Below are positions 20,808 through 34,100 of a stretch of 45,042 bases of DNA, one piece after another. The number at the start of each line of letters is the position of its first letter. Position 1 is the first letter of the stretch. The stretch spans positions 1 to 45,042 of the forward strand of contig LT649290.1 in the NCBI GenBank assembly GCA_900128395.1, in the 5' to 3' direction. The notes below the pieces were generated by a model that was given only the letters and a program-made list of their open reading frames with translations, made no database searches and had not been told where the DNA came from. Source of the stretch: Stramenopiles sp. TOSAG23-2. Its lineage: Eukaryota. The position numbers and the translations under genes are program-made.

Positions 20808-20925
20808 GGAAGGCGGTCGGCCTACAGCTTTTCCAGATTCCAGAGTTGTTACATCAGCTGCCAGGCCTGCTGGGCCTGGCAGAACTGTGATGGCAGATTA
20901 AGATGCAGAGAAGCCTTTTGTGCAG
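20808..20925. other. GC-rich intergenic island with a perfect 10-bp hairpin
   Basis: ctgccaggcc-tgctg-ggcctggcag at 20858-20882, within very AT-rich flanks. Confidence 0.55.
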
Positions 20926-21639
20926 AAGAAAAAAAAATGTAGAAAAGGTTCCCAAGAAAAGAAAACATTTCTATATATACATTAATTATTTTATCCTTAA
21001 ATTTATAAAGTATCAAGCTTTATATAATTACTACTACAAGAAATATATAAGGAAGTAATTATTTTAAAAAATATCTATTATAGCAAGTACAAAGTTATAG
21101 TCTTTTTTCAACTAATTCTTTGTTAAAAAAGTCAAGTTTGGTTCGTATCCGCTAGATGTAATTTTTGTCGTTGGCTTTTTTTTGAAAAAACATTTTTCGA
21201 TGAAAATAACATTACATACTATAGGAAATAAATAGAATGTCGTTAATTCCGCCAACTTTACTTTTAGTGCTATTTACCTGTATTTTGTAATAGACGTTTG
21301 TTACGTTCGAAACGGACTAGACTTCACACAGCTTTTCCCCTCAACAATTCAACAAAGTACAATTTGATACTATTTCTATGCTATTTTGCAATTTCATTGT
21401 TACACAAGAAAAAACAACAAGAGACTATTAGATGTTGAATAACTCGTAGTACTATTAGAAAAAAGATACTATTCACATATATATAAACACATACATATAC
21501 ATACATATATATATATACACACACACATATATGAACAGTTTATATATATAACAAACTATAACAACAAACAAATAAAAGTACATAATAAACTTTTATCTTT
21601 TTAAAACTATAAAACAAAACAACAAAACACAAATAAACC

Positions 21640-23004
21640 ATGCGTGAATGTATCTTAATCCACTTAGGTCAAGCAGGTGTCCAATTAGGTAATGCTTGTT
21701 GGGAACTTTTCTGTCTTGAACACGGTATCCAGCCTAATGGTCAAAAACCATCTACTGGCGGTGACGACAACTACACTGATGATGATAGTTATGGCACTTT
21801 CTTCACTGAAACCGGTGCTGGTAAATTCGTACCACGTTGTGTTTTCCTTGATTTGGAACCAACCGTAATTGACGAAGTACGTTCAGGTACATACAGATCA
21901 TTATTCCATCCAGAACAATTGATCTCAGGTAAAGAAGATGCAGCAAATAATTATGCTCGTGGTCATTACACAGTAGGTAAAGAAGTTGTTGACCTTGTAT
22001 TAGACAGATTACGTAAAGGTGCTGACCAATGTACCGGTTTACAAGGATTTATGGTTTTCCATGCTTTCGGTGGTGGTACAGGAGGTGGTTTCGCTTCCTT
22101 GTTATTGGAACGTTTAAGTGTAGATTATGGACGTAAAGCAAAAATTTTGTTCAGTGTATACCCATCCCCACAATGCTCCACCGCTGTTGTAGAGCCATAC
22201 AATGCTGTATTAACTTCCCATAGTATGCTTGAGCACTCCGATGTTGCTTTCATGGTTGATAACGAAGCTTTATACGATATCTGCCGTCGTGCATTAGATA
22301 TTGAACGCCCAACGTACACCAACTTGAATCGTTTAGTTTCCCAAATTATCTCCAGTATCACCGCTTCGTTACGTTTCGATGGTCAAATTAATGTTGATAT
22401 GACTGCTTTCCAAACTAACTTGGTACCATACCCACGTATTAGTTTCCCATTGTGTTCATATGCTCCAATTATTGCTGCAGAAAAAGCATACCACGAACAA
22501 TTGTCCGTAAGTGAAATCACAAGTGCTGTATTCGAACCATCCACAATGATGGTTAAATGCGACCCACGTCATGGTAAATACATGGCATGTGTTTTGATGT
22601 ACCGTGGTGATGTTGTACCAAAAGACGTTAACAGTTCCATTGCTGCTGTAAAATCCAAACGTACCATTCAATTCGTAGACTGGTGCCCAACCGCATTCAA
22701 AGTTTCCATTAATAACCAACCTCCAACTGTTGTACCAGGTGGTGATTTAGCAAAAGTACAACGTGCACTTTTGATGATTTCCAACACAACTGCTATCGGT
22801 GAAATTTCAGGACGTCTTGACCATAAATTCGATTTGATGTACTCCAAACGTGCGTTTGTACATTGGTATGTAGGTGAAGGTATGGAAGAAGGTGAATTCT
22901 CCGAAGCTCGTGAAGATTTAGCAGCTTTGGAAAAAGATTACCATGAAGTTGCTGTAGAAACCGCAGAAGGTGAAGGTGAAGATGAAGATATGGAAGAATA
23001 TTAA
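21640..23004 (+). CDS. TUBA: Alpha-tubulin (divergent isotype)
   Basis: MREC start, [74 protein letters not shown]-terminal EEY. Confidence 0.99.
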   Translation: MRECILIHLGQAGVQLGNACWELFCLEHGIQPNGQKPSTGGDDNYTDDDSYGTFFTETGAGKFVPRCVFLDLEPTVIDEVRSGTYRSLFHPEQLISGKEDAANNYARGHYTVGKEVVDLVLDRLRKGADQCTGLQGFMVFHAFGGGTGGGFASLLLERLSVDYGRKAKILFSVYPSPQCSTAVVEPYNAVLTSHSMLEHSDVAFMVDNEALYDICRRALDIERPTYTNLNRLVSQIISSITASLRFDGQINVDMTAFQTNLVPYPRISFPLCSYAPIIAAEKAYHEQLSVSEITSAVFEPSTMMVKCDPRHGKYMACVLMYRGDVVPKDVNSSIAAVKSKRTIQFVDWCPTAFKVSINNQPPTVVPGGDLAKVQRALLMISNTTAIGEISGRLDHKFDLMYSKRAFVHWYVGEGMEEGEFSEAREDLAALEKDYHEVAVETAEGEGEDEDMEEY

Positions 23005-23345
23005 GTGATAAAATGTGTTGAAAGTATTACATTTATGAATGCAAATAAGATGCCGTCGCCCGTTTGTAAAAAAAAAAAAAAAGAAAAATAATTTAATAGT
23101 AAATAAAAGGGAAAGAGTATAGAAATCAGAATGTTGAGAAAGAATGTTTAAGGAGAGGTTTAGTTTTTTATAAAAAACTAATTAAAAAAGAAATGTGCAT
23201 ATTGTATAAAAAGTGTAAAATCTAGATAACTCATGTATATTTAAAAGTTAGAACAGTGTATCTGTAATATATGTAATTGTTATTTTTGTGTGTTCTTCAC
23301 AATTTTCACCACATTTCTTTAACGCCCGCCGGAACCTTTAATTTT

Positions 23346-24692
23346 TTATGGTATCATATCTCTTTTATTTCTTTTTAACAAAATCATACCACTACCTTCC
23401 TCTATTGTGATAATACTTTTCCCGGAGTATTTTACACCATATAAATTTTCATATTCCTCGTTATCAAGATAAATTTGTTTCGTTTCATTAACTGATGGAT
23501 TGACATACGCAATTGCATTTGTATACAAACGCATCCAAATACCACTAGTCGTATTCTTTACAGGCTCACCAATTGGAGAACCAACTTTTGCATCATATTC
23601 TGGTTCCCAAATTGAAAAATTTCCATTTCCTCCGCACCCACCGCCATAACATTGTATACATGTTAAAAAGATACCGGAGCAACGTGAATTTGTCATCATG
23701 AAAGCAGCAACGACAAATTCACGGACTTTCCGTGTTATATTCTGAGGCATACATGATGGATTTATATGATAATCTGGGCCTGGACCCCATTCATTGATAC
23801 TAAAGAAGCCCTTATTGTATTTTTGTAAATTTCGGACATAATGAACTTGGTTTTCAAATTTATCTGGATTAGTCATTGGAGGCAGTTGATGCATTGAAGT
23901 AGTATTTGGAATTGGGTTCCACGATGTAAAACCACCTTCTGCTAATATACCATCTGTCAAATTCCCAATCTCTAATATTTGTGGATTTGACATATCCATA
24001 CTTGAAAAATTTGGTATTACAAGTAACCCAGTTTCTTTATGAATTCGTTCTACCGCTCGTTTTGTCCAATCCAAAACATTGATACCATATTGAAGATCAG
24101 TTTTTGATTTGTAAAGTTGAACCCATGAATTATTTTCACCTTTAAATGCTCCACATGCACCCCACTGATTCGTGATTCCATAATTATCTAGTGCAATAGC
24201 GTTGTAACCAAGTTTATGCGCAGGTAAAATAGCAGCCAGCATTTGATAGTCTAAAGTTTTTGGATTAGTCAAATCAAGTGGTACATTTACATGACTGCAT
24301 TTTTCACCAGCAAAGCATTCCCATGCTGGCGTTTTTCTATCGCACGTATATAATATTAAATCAGGATGATTTTGTTTCCACCATGGTAACCCTGATGGTG
24401 GATTTCCAGTTGTATGAGGCGCTGGATCTCTGGAATATGGCATGTATTTTGATAAAATCACATTTTTATTTGGAGACTTATCACCTCGCCAATATGGAAC
24501 TTTCGATTCGCTACTTCCCCATACATAATCTATTTTGTCCCCATATTTATCTATATTTTCTTTCGTCGCTTTTGCATCAAATGTTAAAAATGCATGAATA
24601 TTAGTTGAAGAATCTATCCATTGAAACGACGAATTCGCAATTTTGATGGGGATCAATAAATTGATCGTAATATAAATAATTATTAGAAGCAT
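23346..24692 (-). CDS. Secreted putative glycoside hydrolase (TIM barrel, GHL15-like)
   Basis: Signal peptide; WWKQNHPDLILY, LDLTNP, GYNAIALDN (candidate catalytic Asp), LVIPN, DGILAEG, and C-terminal WMRLYTNAIAYVNPS beta-sandwich motif. Confidence 0.6.
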   Translation of the reverse strand: MLLIIIYITINLLIPIKIANSSFQWIDSSTNIHAFLTFDAKATKENIDKYGDKIDYVWGSSESKVPYWRGDKSPNKNVILSKYMPYSRDPAPHTTGNPPSGLPWWKQNHPDLILYTCDRKTPAWECFAGEKCSHVNVPLDLTNPKTLDYQMLAAILPAHKLGYNAIALDNYGITNQWGACGAFKGENNSWVQLYKSKTDLQYGINVLDWTKRAVERIHKETGLLVIPNFSSMDMSNPQILEIGNLTDGILAEGGFTSWNPIPNTTSMHQLPPMTNPDKFENQVHYVRNLQKYNKGFFSINEWGPGPDYHINPSCMPQNITRKVREFVVAAFMMTNSRCSGIFLTCIQCYGGGCGGNGNFSIWEPEYDAKVGSPIGEPVKNTTSGIWMRLYTNAIAYVNPSVNETKQIYLDNEEYENLYGVKYSGKSIITIEEGSGMILLKRNKRDMIP

Positions 24693-25146
24693 GGTATATT
24701 TGTAAATCTTCTGTCACGCCTAGATATAGCTGCTGAAACATGAAAGAACGATTATGCGTATATATAAAATGTTGTTATGATATTCCATTTTGATGCTGTG
24801 AACTGCAACTGTGTAATTTTATATATTTTTTTATAATTCAACAAGTTTTGCAGTTGCTTTTCGTTCTTCTTCATCATCATTTTTTTCCCTATTATATATT
24901 ATTAATAATAAATATATAATAAAAAAGGGCACAAACGCACAAAACATAATATATAATTTCAATGATAATTAGTGCAAATAATTTAAATTAATACTGGGGG
25001 GGGGGGATATTTAATAGCGTTATTTTATAAAACAATTTGTTAAAATAAATATACTTAAAGAAGACTTATTTATAAATAATACGAGAGTATAATTTTTATA
25101 TATCTCCAAAACATTCTAGATTTCTCTTTTTTGTACGCGTAAATTT

Positions 25147-28100
25147 TTAATCATCATCAATCGCACCATTGCCCCATTTCACGGCAGTTCGTAATCGTTT
25201 TTCTAAAATTTCTTGTGATGTATATCTTGGAATATCAATTTGAAAGAAACAAGTATGCCCTGTTGGCAATGCATTGTCATCTCCACTTTTAGGATGAACT
25301 GCAAATTTGTGTGTCCATCCATCTTTAGCAACTGGTAATCTAGAACGCCCCCAACAAAATCTTAAGAAATTTTCTCGTTCCTCTTCATCCAACGCTTCTA
25401 ACGATTTCCATAACCAACCTTGAAATTGCAAATTGTTTTCATACGAATCTTTAAATTCGGTATGCTCTTTTAACAAATCTATATCAAAACCTTTTTTACC
25501 ACATACATTTAATTCCAATTCTTCCCACGTCCATAAATGTAACATGCCAACAGGTACAATAGTTGATATACCAGCTTTAATTGCTAAACATTGTTGTTTC
25601 AACTCATTGATTCGATATTGTTCGCACATTGAAACGTATTCGACATAATTTGAGCCAGTTACAGGCACTTCATCCCCACCTTTCATCAATTCTTTCTCCT
25701 CACCTGCATTATTAATGACAACATGGGATAATTTAAACCCTTCAATATCGTTTGCATCACATTTTAAAATACGCTCGTTGATTTGATAAAAACTTTCATC
25801 GATGGCTTTTAAATCAAAACGATTAATTTCTTCCGATACCAATATTTTCCATACCAACGATGGTAGATCAAATGGCAACGGATTATTTATACGCAACGCA
25901 ATTCCCATTATTTTGCCAACGAATCGCCACATTTGTAAATGATCATCAGAAATATTTTCAGGATTAGGCACCAGTTTATCACGCCCAAATTCACCGCTAT
26001 TGTTTCTATTATTTGGCACTTTTACCAACATCATTACATGTTCCGCCCATAAATCCGTCACGCATTGAGTCAATGTATCTCGAAATGGGCCACCTTGATC
26101 TATGGAGCTTTCACCAACAAAATCTACTTTCCATGTTCCATATGGTCCACCCATTTCCTTTGATTTATGCCTCAACATTTTAGGGTCGATATAGTGCAAT
26201 CTTTTAAATATTTGACCAAAAATAGATTTATTCAACGTTTCCACAGTTGCCGTTTTCCCACGCAATGAATATGTAGCAAGTCGATCTATTGTTATCGATT
26301 GATAATTATCCGCATTTGCATATGTGCTTTTTAATGTATCTTGCCATAATAATAATTTCAGATTCCATAATAGAAATTGACGATATTCCATTATCTGTTT
26401 TAAAAGAGATAATTTAGGAACATCAGGCTCGAAACTTATAAAATCAGTTAACGTAACGAAGGACTTGTTAATTGCAAACAATATGCATGTACCCCATTGT
26501 AAAATTTCCGGGGAAACATCATTCAATGCTTTAAATCGCGATGTTACATTGGAATCAAACTGTACTGATAATACTAAATCTTTCAACTGCGTGTTTGAAG
26601 ATGATGTTGATTTTTTCTTTAAAAGATGATTTAAACATTGCACTAATGATTTCATAATTGAAAACGTTAATTTATCAAATGTTGGTACTTTCGTTGTTTC
26701 TTTTTCAGATGCAAACATTTGTAAGTTTTCATTATTTTGAAATCCCAATTCACGAACGGTTTTAACTACATATTGTTTCTCTCCTTTTGTAATAGTAGCA
26801 CCTTCGGTAGTGTTTCCTTCCACATTATCTTGATCAATACTTTCATCTGAAATCACTACATCGCCATAATTATTATTGTTTGTATTATTGCCACTGATTT
26901 TTTCGCACAAACTGAAGCAACATAAAATATCATTCAACCAAGCAGGCAAAGATGCTAAAACCCTTGCATCCATTTTACTAAGCACTAAATACAAACGTAC
27001 CAAATTAGCCATATATTTACTTCGACGACTAGATTTGGATTTAAATAATGAATCCAATTGCCCATCAAAATGGTTTAATACTCTATCAATCAATGGTTTC
27101 TCCCAGACTTTGAAATTTTGTTGTACTAAGGTTACCATGCGCACTAGCACTTCTAGTCCTTCTGAACGCAATGTACCTTCGCTTAAAGATATAAATGATA
27201 GCAATGCTGCTAAAATAGAAGAAGAATGTAAACGTAAAAATTCAGGCACGTCTAAAACTAAACCTAACAACCAAAAACCAAACTTTGGATTTGGATTTTC
27301 AATTGCGCTTCTATCATCTATTACATCCAAATGTTCAGAAGTTAACGTGCCTTTGTAAACACTATTCATGGTACATATAGAGCGCATTAAAACAAAAATT
27401 GATTCCGCAAGCACGGCCCGAGATAGTGATTTTGACTCTGGGCTATCTTGCTTTAATATTTGTTGCATGTACGTGCCTAATAAATCAATCTCAGAATCTG
27501 AACTTGATGCAACTAATAATTGACATACCTTGAAAATATTTGATACATCACCATTTAATGCCTTTACCAACCGCGCCGAATTATTTTTAGACAACTCCAA
27601 TAGACGTAAAGTTGCTCTTCGTGCATATAAGATTTCCAATGCACTTGCCGTATGAATCGTTTGCGACATTAACGATAATCGCCACAACGGCCCTTGCGCG
27701 CATACTACTTTTTGTGCATTGTCACACAACTTTGAACTTTGGGGAATTAAATGATCAGCTGTTTCAAAAGAACCATCAAATGCATTTGATAAAGCGCAGC
27801 TGCATATGTCACCAACATCGCCAACAAATTCAATAGCTTTTTTAAGAGATTTATGCCGTTTACTATTCGGACTAGTTACATTACTTCCTGTATCATTTAC
27901 ACTGCTTTTAGACTCTTGATTTCTATTTATGCCATCATTTCCATTATTCAATAATCGAAACATATTTACCAATTCACCAACACGTTTTTTTCCATCCGAT
28001 TTCTCTCCTGGTACTGATACTTGAAAATCGTTTGAATCGAAAAATGTCGATGCCAATTCAAACTCACGTTTTACTGTGGCATGTAAGATACGTGTTGTCT

Positions 28101-31100
28101 CAGATTCGCTTTTCATGTTTCGTATTGTCACATCATCTTTATCATAATACAATGTTACAGCCGGGTATAGTACTTTGCCACGTATATTTGTATATTTAAA
28201 GCCAACCATTTCACCATTAATTCCCCAAGTCAATGTTCCTAAAACTGTATCAACGTATACTGTTACAACATCCCCGCCTTGGTACTTTGTACTCGTAGCG
28301 TGTGATTTTTCATTATTATGAAATGCATCGCCAGCATTATACAGTCCCCAACTCTCGCTATTTGATCCGACAAAGCTGGTTAAAGACGTTTTCTTTGTCC
28401 CGACACCAATGTTACAATATCGATTTAATTTATTAACACGTACTTCCCAACTGAATTTTCCAGAGCTTAATGGAATGTCTCCTAGCACCGTGCGCCCTTG
28501 CGCAGATGTGGACGTTTGCCTAACTCGAGATGGATCTATAGGATCTATTTTCAATGCCGAATGGCATAAGATGGAGTTCCAATACATTCTCTCTGGACTC
28601 GAAATTCGAAAATCTTTTGAATCTGCTATCCAATCTGGATGACAAATTAAGCCATGCGAACTTGCTTTCACATCATATGCAACATTTCCAACTCCAACCA
28701 TCATTGGGTACCAGTGTATTAACCCTTTCATTGGTTTTCGAGTTGGTACAGGTTCCCTTGATGTATTACTTAAATCGCTTTGAGTTAATCCTCTTTCCCA
28801 GACACGGCATTCTCCAATTTGACCATTAAAGGATTTGAATTTAGTTTCATTTTCGTCACAACCTATCGTAAATTGCCCTTGCACTTTACCTGGCTCGAAA
28901 ATAGAAGGCATTTGACAAATTATTTTTGAATTCTTGAAAAATGTCCATATACCCACCGTTAGCTTGGTTTTGGTAGCAGTACTCGTTTCAACACTGTCAC
29001 CGTCTGATCCAAGTGCTACAAATGGGTGTATTTGTGAAGGACGCAATGCAGTCTCATGGATTTGGCATTGCGAAAGATACGTGAAATTCAAGAAAAATGA
29101 TAATGTTTCGATTTCGCTATTGTACAATACAGTTATTGTATCGCCATTGCTACAAGGTACTTGAGGCGGATCATCGACTGGGTAATCGACACCGCAAATG
29201 TGAATTGAATCAATTTTCCTTGTACTTATGTAACAAATACGCTTGGATAATGGTAAAGTATCATCCTCAAAAATTACACCAATCCTAATTCCACTTTTTC
29301 TGCTTACTATGTTGATATCCCAACAATGCAAATAAGGTACATTATCAGGTATATTCGACAAGATAATTGGTCCTAAAATGGGTTTTAATATTTTTTTGGC
29401 TTTAAAAGTATCCTGTGGGTTATCAAAGACTTTAAATGTATCCCCCGCCGGTTCCCATTGTTGTATACGTTTGGAAGGGCGGATAAATGAGAAAGCAATG
29501 TGTTGCCACACATTTTCAACTGTCCCTGGAGTTGTGTCATTTGACATTTCATCAGATTCAAATAAATCGTATGTTAAAATATCAGATATTAACTTCTCCT
29601 TTCCAGAACTTCCATTATTTCTTTCCATTCCAGTCAAAATAAATTTAGTATTAGACATTGAAAACAATAACGCATTCGATGCTACATCCCCAACGCGCAA
29701 AATACAGCCCTGGTCCCTTTCTATGTTTTCCGTTCTCAGCCATGTCTCAAAAGTAAAATCAGCTGTTTTCGAGAATCCAAGATAGCCAAAGTTTATAAAA
29801 CTAGATTTATTTAATCGCAAAGCGACTTCCGTGTTTTGTTTTCGTAGAAATAATGTACATTCTCCATCCATTGACGTACCAATTAAATCCAATGATGACG
29901 AGGACAGCATAGATATTTCAAACGTACATTTTTCAAGTTGTTTCGCATTACTACTGCTTGTGCAATAGCCAGACAATTCTACCGTGGAGTTATCCGCCAA
30001 TTTACCATTGATTTGGCCAGCTTTTTGTAAGCTCAAAAAGTTCATATGGCCAGAAAAGTCTTTAACATGACCATTGGAATTGTCAACTTGAATATATAAA
30101 CGGACTAATTCAACCTCAGCACTAGCCTTGCAGCATATACCAACATATACACTTTTATCTTGCAACACATCTTGAAAATTGTACGGGTATGTCTTATTAG
30201 ATGTCTTTACTGATATGTCGTTGCTAACTTTAGTGCGCACACCACCCACATTGGATTGTAACATGGTAATTGATGTGTTTGCACCGGCTATTTCAATAAA
30301 TGGTTGCAAAACAGTTGCTGGGATCTGAGTCATTGTATGCGCTAACGAACCATTTACGTACAAGGAGAGCCGACTCAGTTTATAATCGCGTTCAACTTTT
30401 ACCACATCGTTTTCTTTCCATATAGGCATAGTTTCTACATCGACAGCTTTTTCAAATAACGAACAGAAATTCTTATCGGTATAAATCGATAAATCGCTTG
30501 TTTTTCCTTCCGCATTTGCTTCCTCCCCCTTTTTCTTTTTCCGTGGTGCTAGTGTTAAATTATGAAGTTCAGATACAGTTCGCACTAGCGGTTCAGGTGA
30601 TATACCAGATGCAGAACTGGATCCCCCACCTAGAAGGACATCATCGACAGATTCACTGTTGCTTTTGCTTATAATGTCATCCATGTCTCGCAATGTTTGC
30701 AACATATAACGCGATGTTTGTTTATTTATATCGATCGGCATTAATTTAAAATTTTCTCTTGCCTTCTTTCGCTTTGAATAAATAATTCCAAAGTAATCAT
30801 AGACTGCTTTATAACCTTGTGGTGGAGCATATTTCAATTTGCCAGTCCCCCCGAAAAATACTCGTATTTTCATTCTTCCATGACCACTTAATGTGAAGGC
30901 TGGGTATAAACCACCTGTGAAATTACAGTTTACAAATGCATCGCCTTGATACTCATTGTTTACATAAAATCCCATGGTTTTCTTATCAATGTCAACTGCT
31001 AAACCGATTCGGTCGCCATTTTCCCATTTTTTCCCATATGCAGTATCAGCAGCATTCCAAACACGTTTTCTATACCCGTCCACACCCCAACTGTGCTTAC

Positions 31101-34100
31101 AGTCGCCAACACCTTTGCCCACACCATCGTAACATTTAAATTCTTCATCTGCCCACCCCAATTGTGGACAGCTCCCACTCACATCACCAACAACATCAAT
31201 TTCGTAATACCATTTTCCAGATTTTAGACTTATGTCATTTAAACGCCACGTAGGAAAATGCCTTTTCACGGAGCAAAGGAATGGACCAGATGGATCTTCG
31301 CACACAACACTTTGCTGCTGTTTAATGGTGTCATCCACATTGCAAATGTACGACACATGTAACTTTTGAACTTCCTTTGCTTCATTTGCTAACCGGTTCG
31401 TAGCTTTGAACATTTTGCCTTGGCTATTCCATGCAAAAATATCATTTGATTCAAGCTCTTCGGAAATATCAATATTTTCTTTCATTAATCCACAACGAAT
31501 GAAATTTCCAGCTTCGACATTATGATCTGCATGTTGCTTTAGATTATTTATTTTAAACTCAAACGACGCATTTGGTTGAGCACTTATCGTATTTGCCAAC
31601 GTTGCCTGTCCATGCCAATTGACGCCATAACCTTTTTTCATTAGTTCACTCGTCTCATGGACAGTATAACTTTTCCTTCCTAAACCTGGTACGTGAAACA
31701 AATCCATGGTCAATGATTGCGGCCAGACTTCCCCCAATACAATTCCGGCCAGTTTTGGCCTTTCAAAATCACACATTTCACAATTTTGAACATCTGTTTC
31801 ATTCGGTGTTTCACACTGTGGACACTCCCACTCGTCCCCTAAATCACTGTTAACGCGATATGTTGTTTGGTCATCAATTTCTAATAACGAACCGGTGGAA
31901 AAGACTTGAAAGTGACCATCATCGGCTTTCTCCGACACTTGCAACATAGCAGGTGATGTCAATTTATTGATTTCAACTTGCGACAAGTTAATATCACGTA
32001 AAGACATTTTCAATTCTTCCATTTTTTGATTTAAATCATCAAAACTAGGAAATTCATTTTGGATCAAAACACTTGTTGACGCAACCCGTAGCAATTCACG
32101 CAGGCACGTATCATCTATAATCAAATCGTTCCCTTCTTTGCATAAACTATCAATAACGGAGCTAATAAATTGCATTAAACGGTATCTATACGTCGTTCCA
32201 ATTACTGTCAGTGATGCAGACTTCAATTGGAGCAATTGAACGGCGTTGTTAAAGATCGTTTTTAAGTTGGAGGAGTTAATTGTATCAGAAATTACAGAGG
32301 CTTCACAGGAAAGTTCAAATTGATCTAATTCCATGTCTTCAACCACTTCTCCATCCGCCAAGACAACCGATGCACAGTTCTTTTGTTCATCTAAATACAC
32401 AATACGTCCTTGCCTATTTGTCGGAAGCTTGCTATTTTTATCAGTACTAAGAATTTTAACTATGGAGCCAATTCGAATTTTGTAAGAAGTGGTATTTAGT
32501 AACGTCAGCGCAGATAAAACACGCCAAATGTCATAAGTACCATTATCCTTTTGCTCTAGCCCCAATTCCTTATCACCATTATTAAACATACGTTGCATCT
32601 CCCCACATAATGTTTTCACGACAAACACAGACCATAATGATGACGACAAAAGATTTTGAAATAATGTACCGATCTCGAGTATAAATCTAGCAGAAAATTC
32701 AGAATAGCATTGTGCATTTAAAGCATCGTTTTCGTCACGGTTACCTCCACTTTCGATTAAACAATCTAAACTTACATAAATCGAAAACAACCGTTGAACG
32801 ACAGTTCCCGGAGTTAAATTTTTACAAAACATTTCATCATTTTCAATATTTTGTGGTATAATTTCCATCAGTAACGAACTTAAAATTTTAATGGCTTTGA
32901 ACTTATTTGCAGGTGCAGTAGAATTCAAAATATCAAATGTATTTATATCGCCCTTGTTGTCGCTATCATGACCTTCAATGATCGAAAGCAAAATTGAAAC
33001 TAACCTCAAGGATGCTAATGATTGTTTTGGTTCTTGTGTTAATGTGCACCGATACATGAGATCCAATATCCATTCCATATCGACGTGTAGTTTGTTGATT
33101 GAAGAACTCAACATACTTTTCGTCGCAGTATTGTCATTTATCATCATAATGTTTTTCACCATGTTCATATCACTACATACAATAATAGATGTTGCTAAAC
33201 CTTCAAACATAAAATTATCGATATCATGTAAGTACTTTTCTGCAATTTCAGTCGCCGTAGCAGATGTTGCATAATGAGGTGCCATAGAAGGTACTCCGAC
33301 GTACAATGGTAAGCGCGTTGAAACCGTAGCGTCATCCTTACCATCACTTGATGCTGGTTGATGAACAGCATTTGAAATATCAATTATTGGTATATTATCT
33401 GTATTGCTTTTAGTGCCTTCTGAAATATCACCGTTTTTCGTTTCCGCAACATTGTTTCCGTATGTTATATCTGTAGTTCCAGCAATTTTTCCATTTATGA
33501 ATATATACAATTGATCACTACCTTTCGGCAAACGCTTCCTAGCAAAGGTTAGTGATACCCATTGGTTTATTTCTACTTCAACATCTGATTGGACCTCAGT
33601 TATTTGTACTTCTTTAGATCTTCTCACTTTCGTTTTAAATTGAACATGAGCTGTTTTCTTATCTATGAACGCACAACTTTGCGTTTTATCGTTCTCTGTA
33701 CATTTATGTACATTTCCAGTTTTAAATAGCACCGTATCTTGCTCTTTCGATAAGTGATGTAAGTAAATTTTCATAGAAATAACATACGAAAAATCCATGT
33801 TTGGTGGGCGGGAGATGACAATACCTTTAACGGATTCTTTAGAACCAAATTGAATCGGCATAGTCGCTAGATAACGTTTATATTTCAAATTGGAATTTTC
33901 AAGCCCTGGTTCGTTCTGGTTTCTCACTCGTAGTTGCTGCATCAAAATCTCAAGATGACCAGCCATCAATGAAAATAAATTTTGCTTCAGAACAGATGAA
34001 AATATTTTACTTTCATTAATAGACGAAAAAAGTAAAAATTCATACAAATTTAACGTCGTTGGTGAAAGATTTGATTTAGCTATCGCCCCATTATCATTGG

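Noticed and set aside
20808-20925. Helitron 3' end, TPP riboswitch or SECIS
   Set aside because: No CTRR|T terminus at the right distance, no TPP consensus, and no SECIS core or in-frame TGA selenoprotein nearby.
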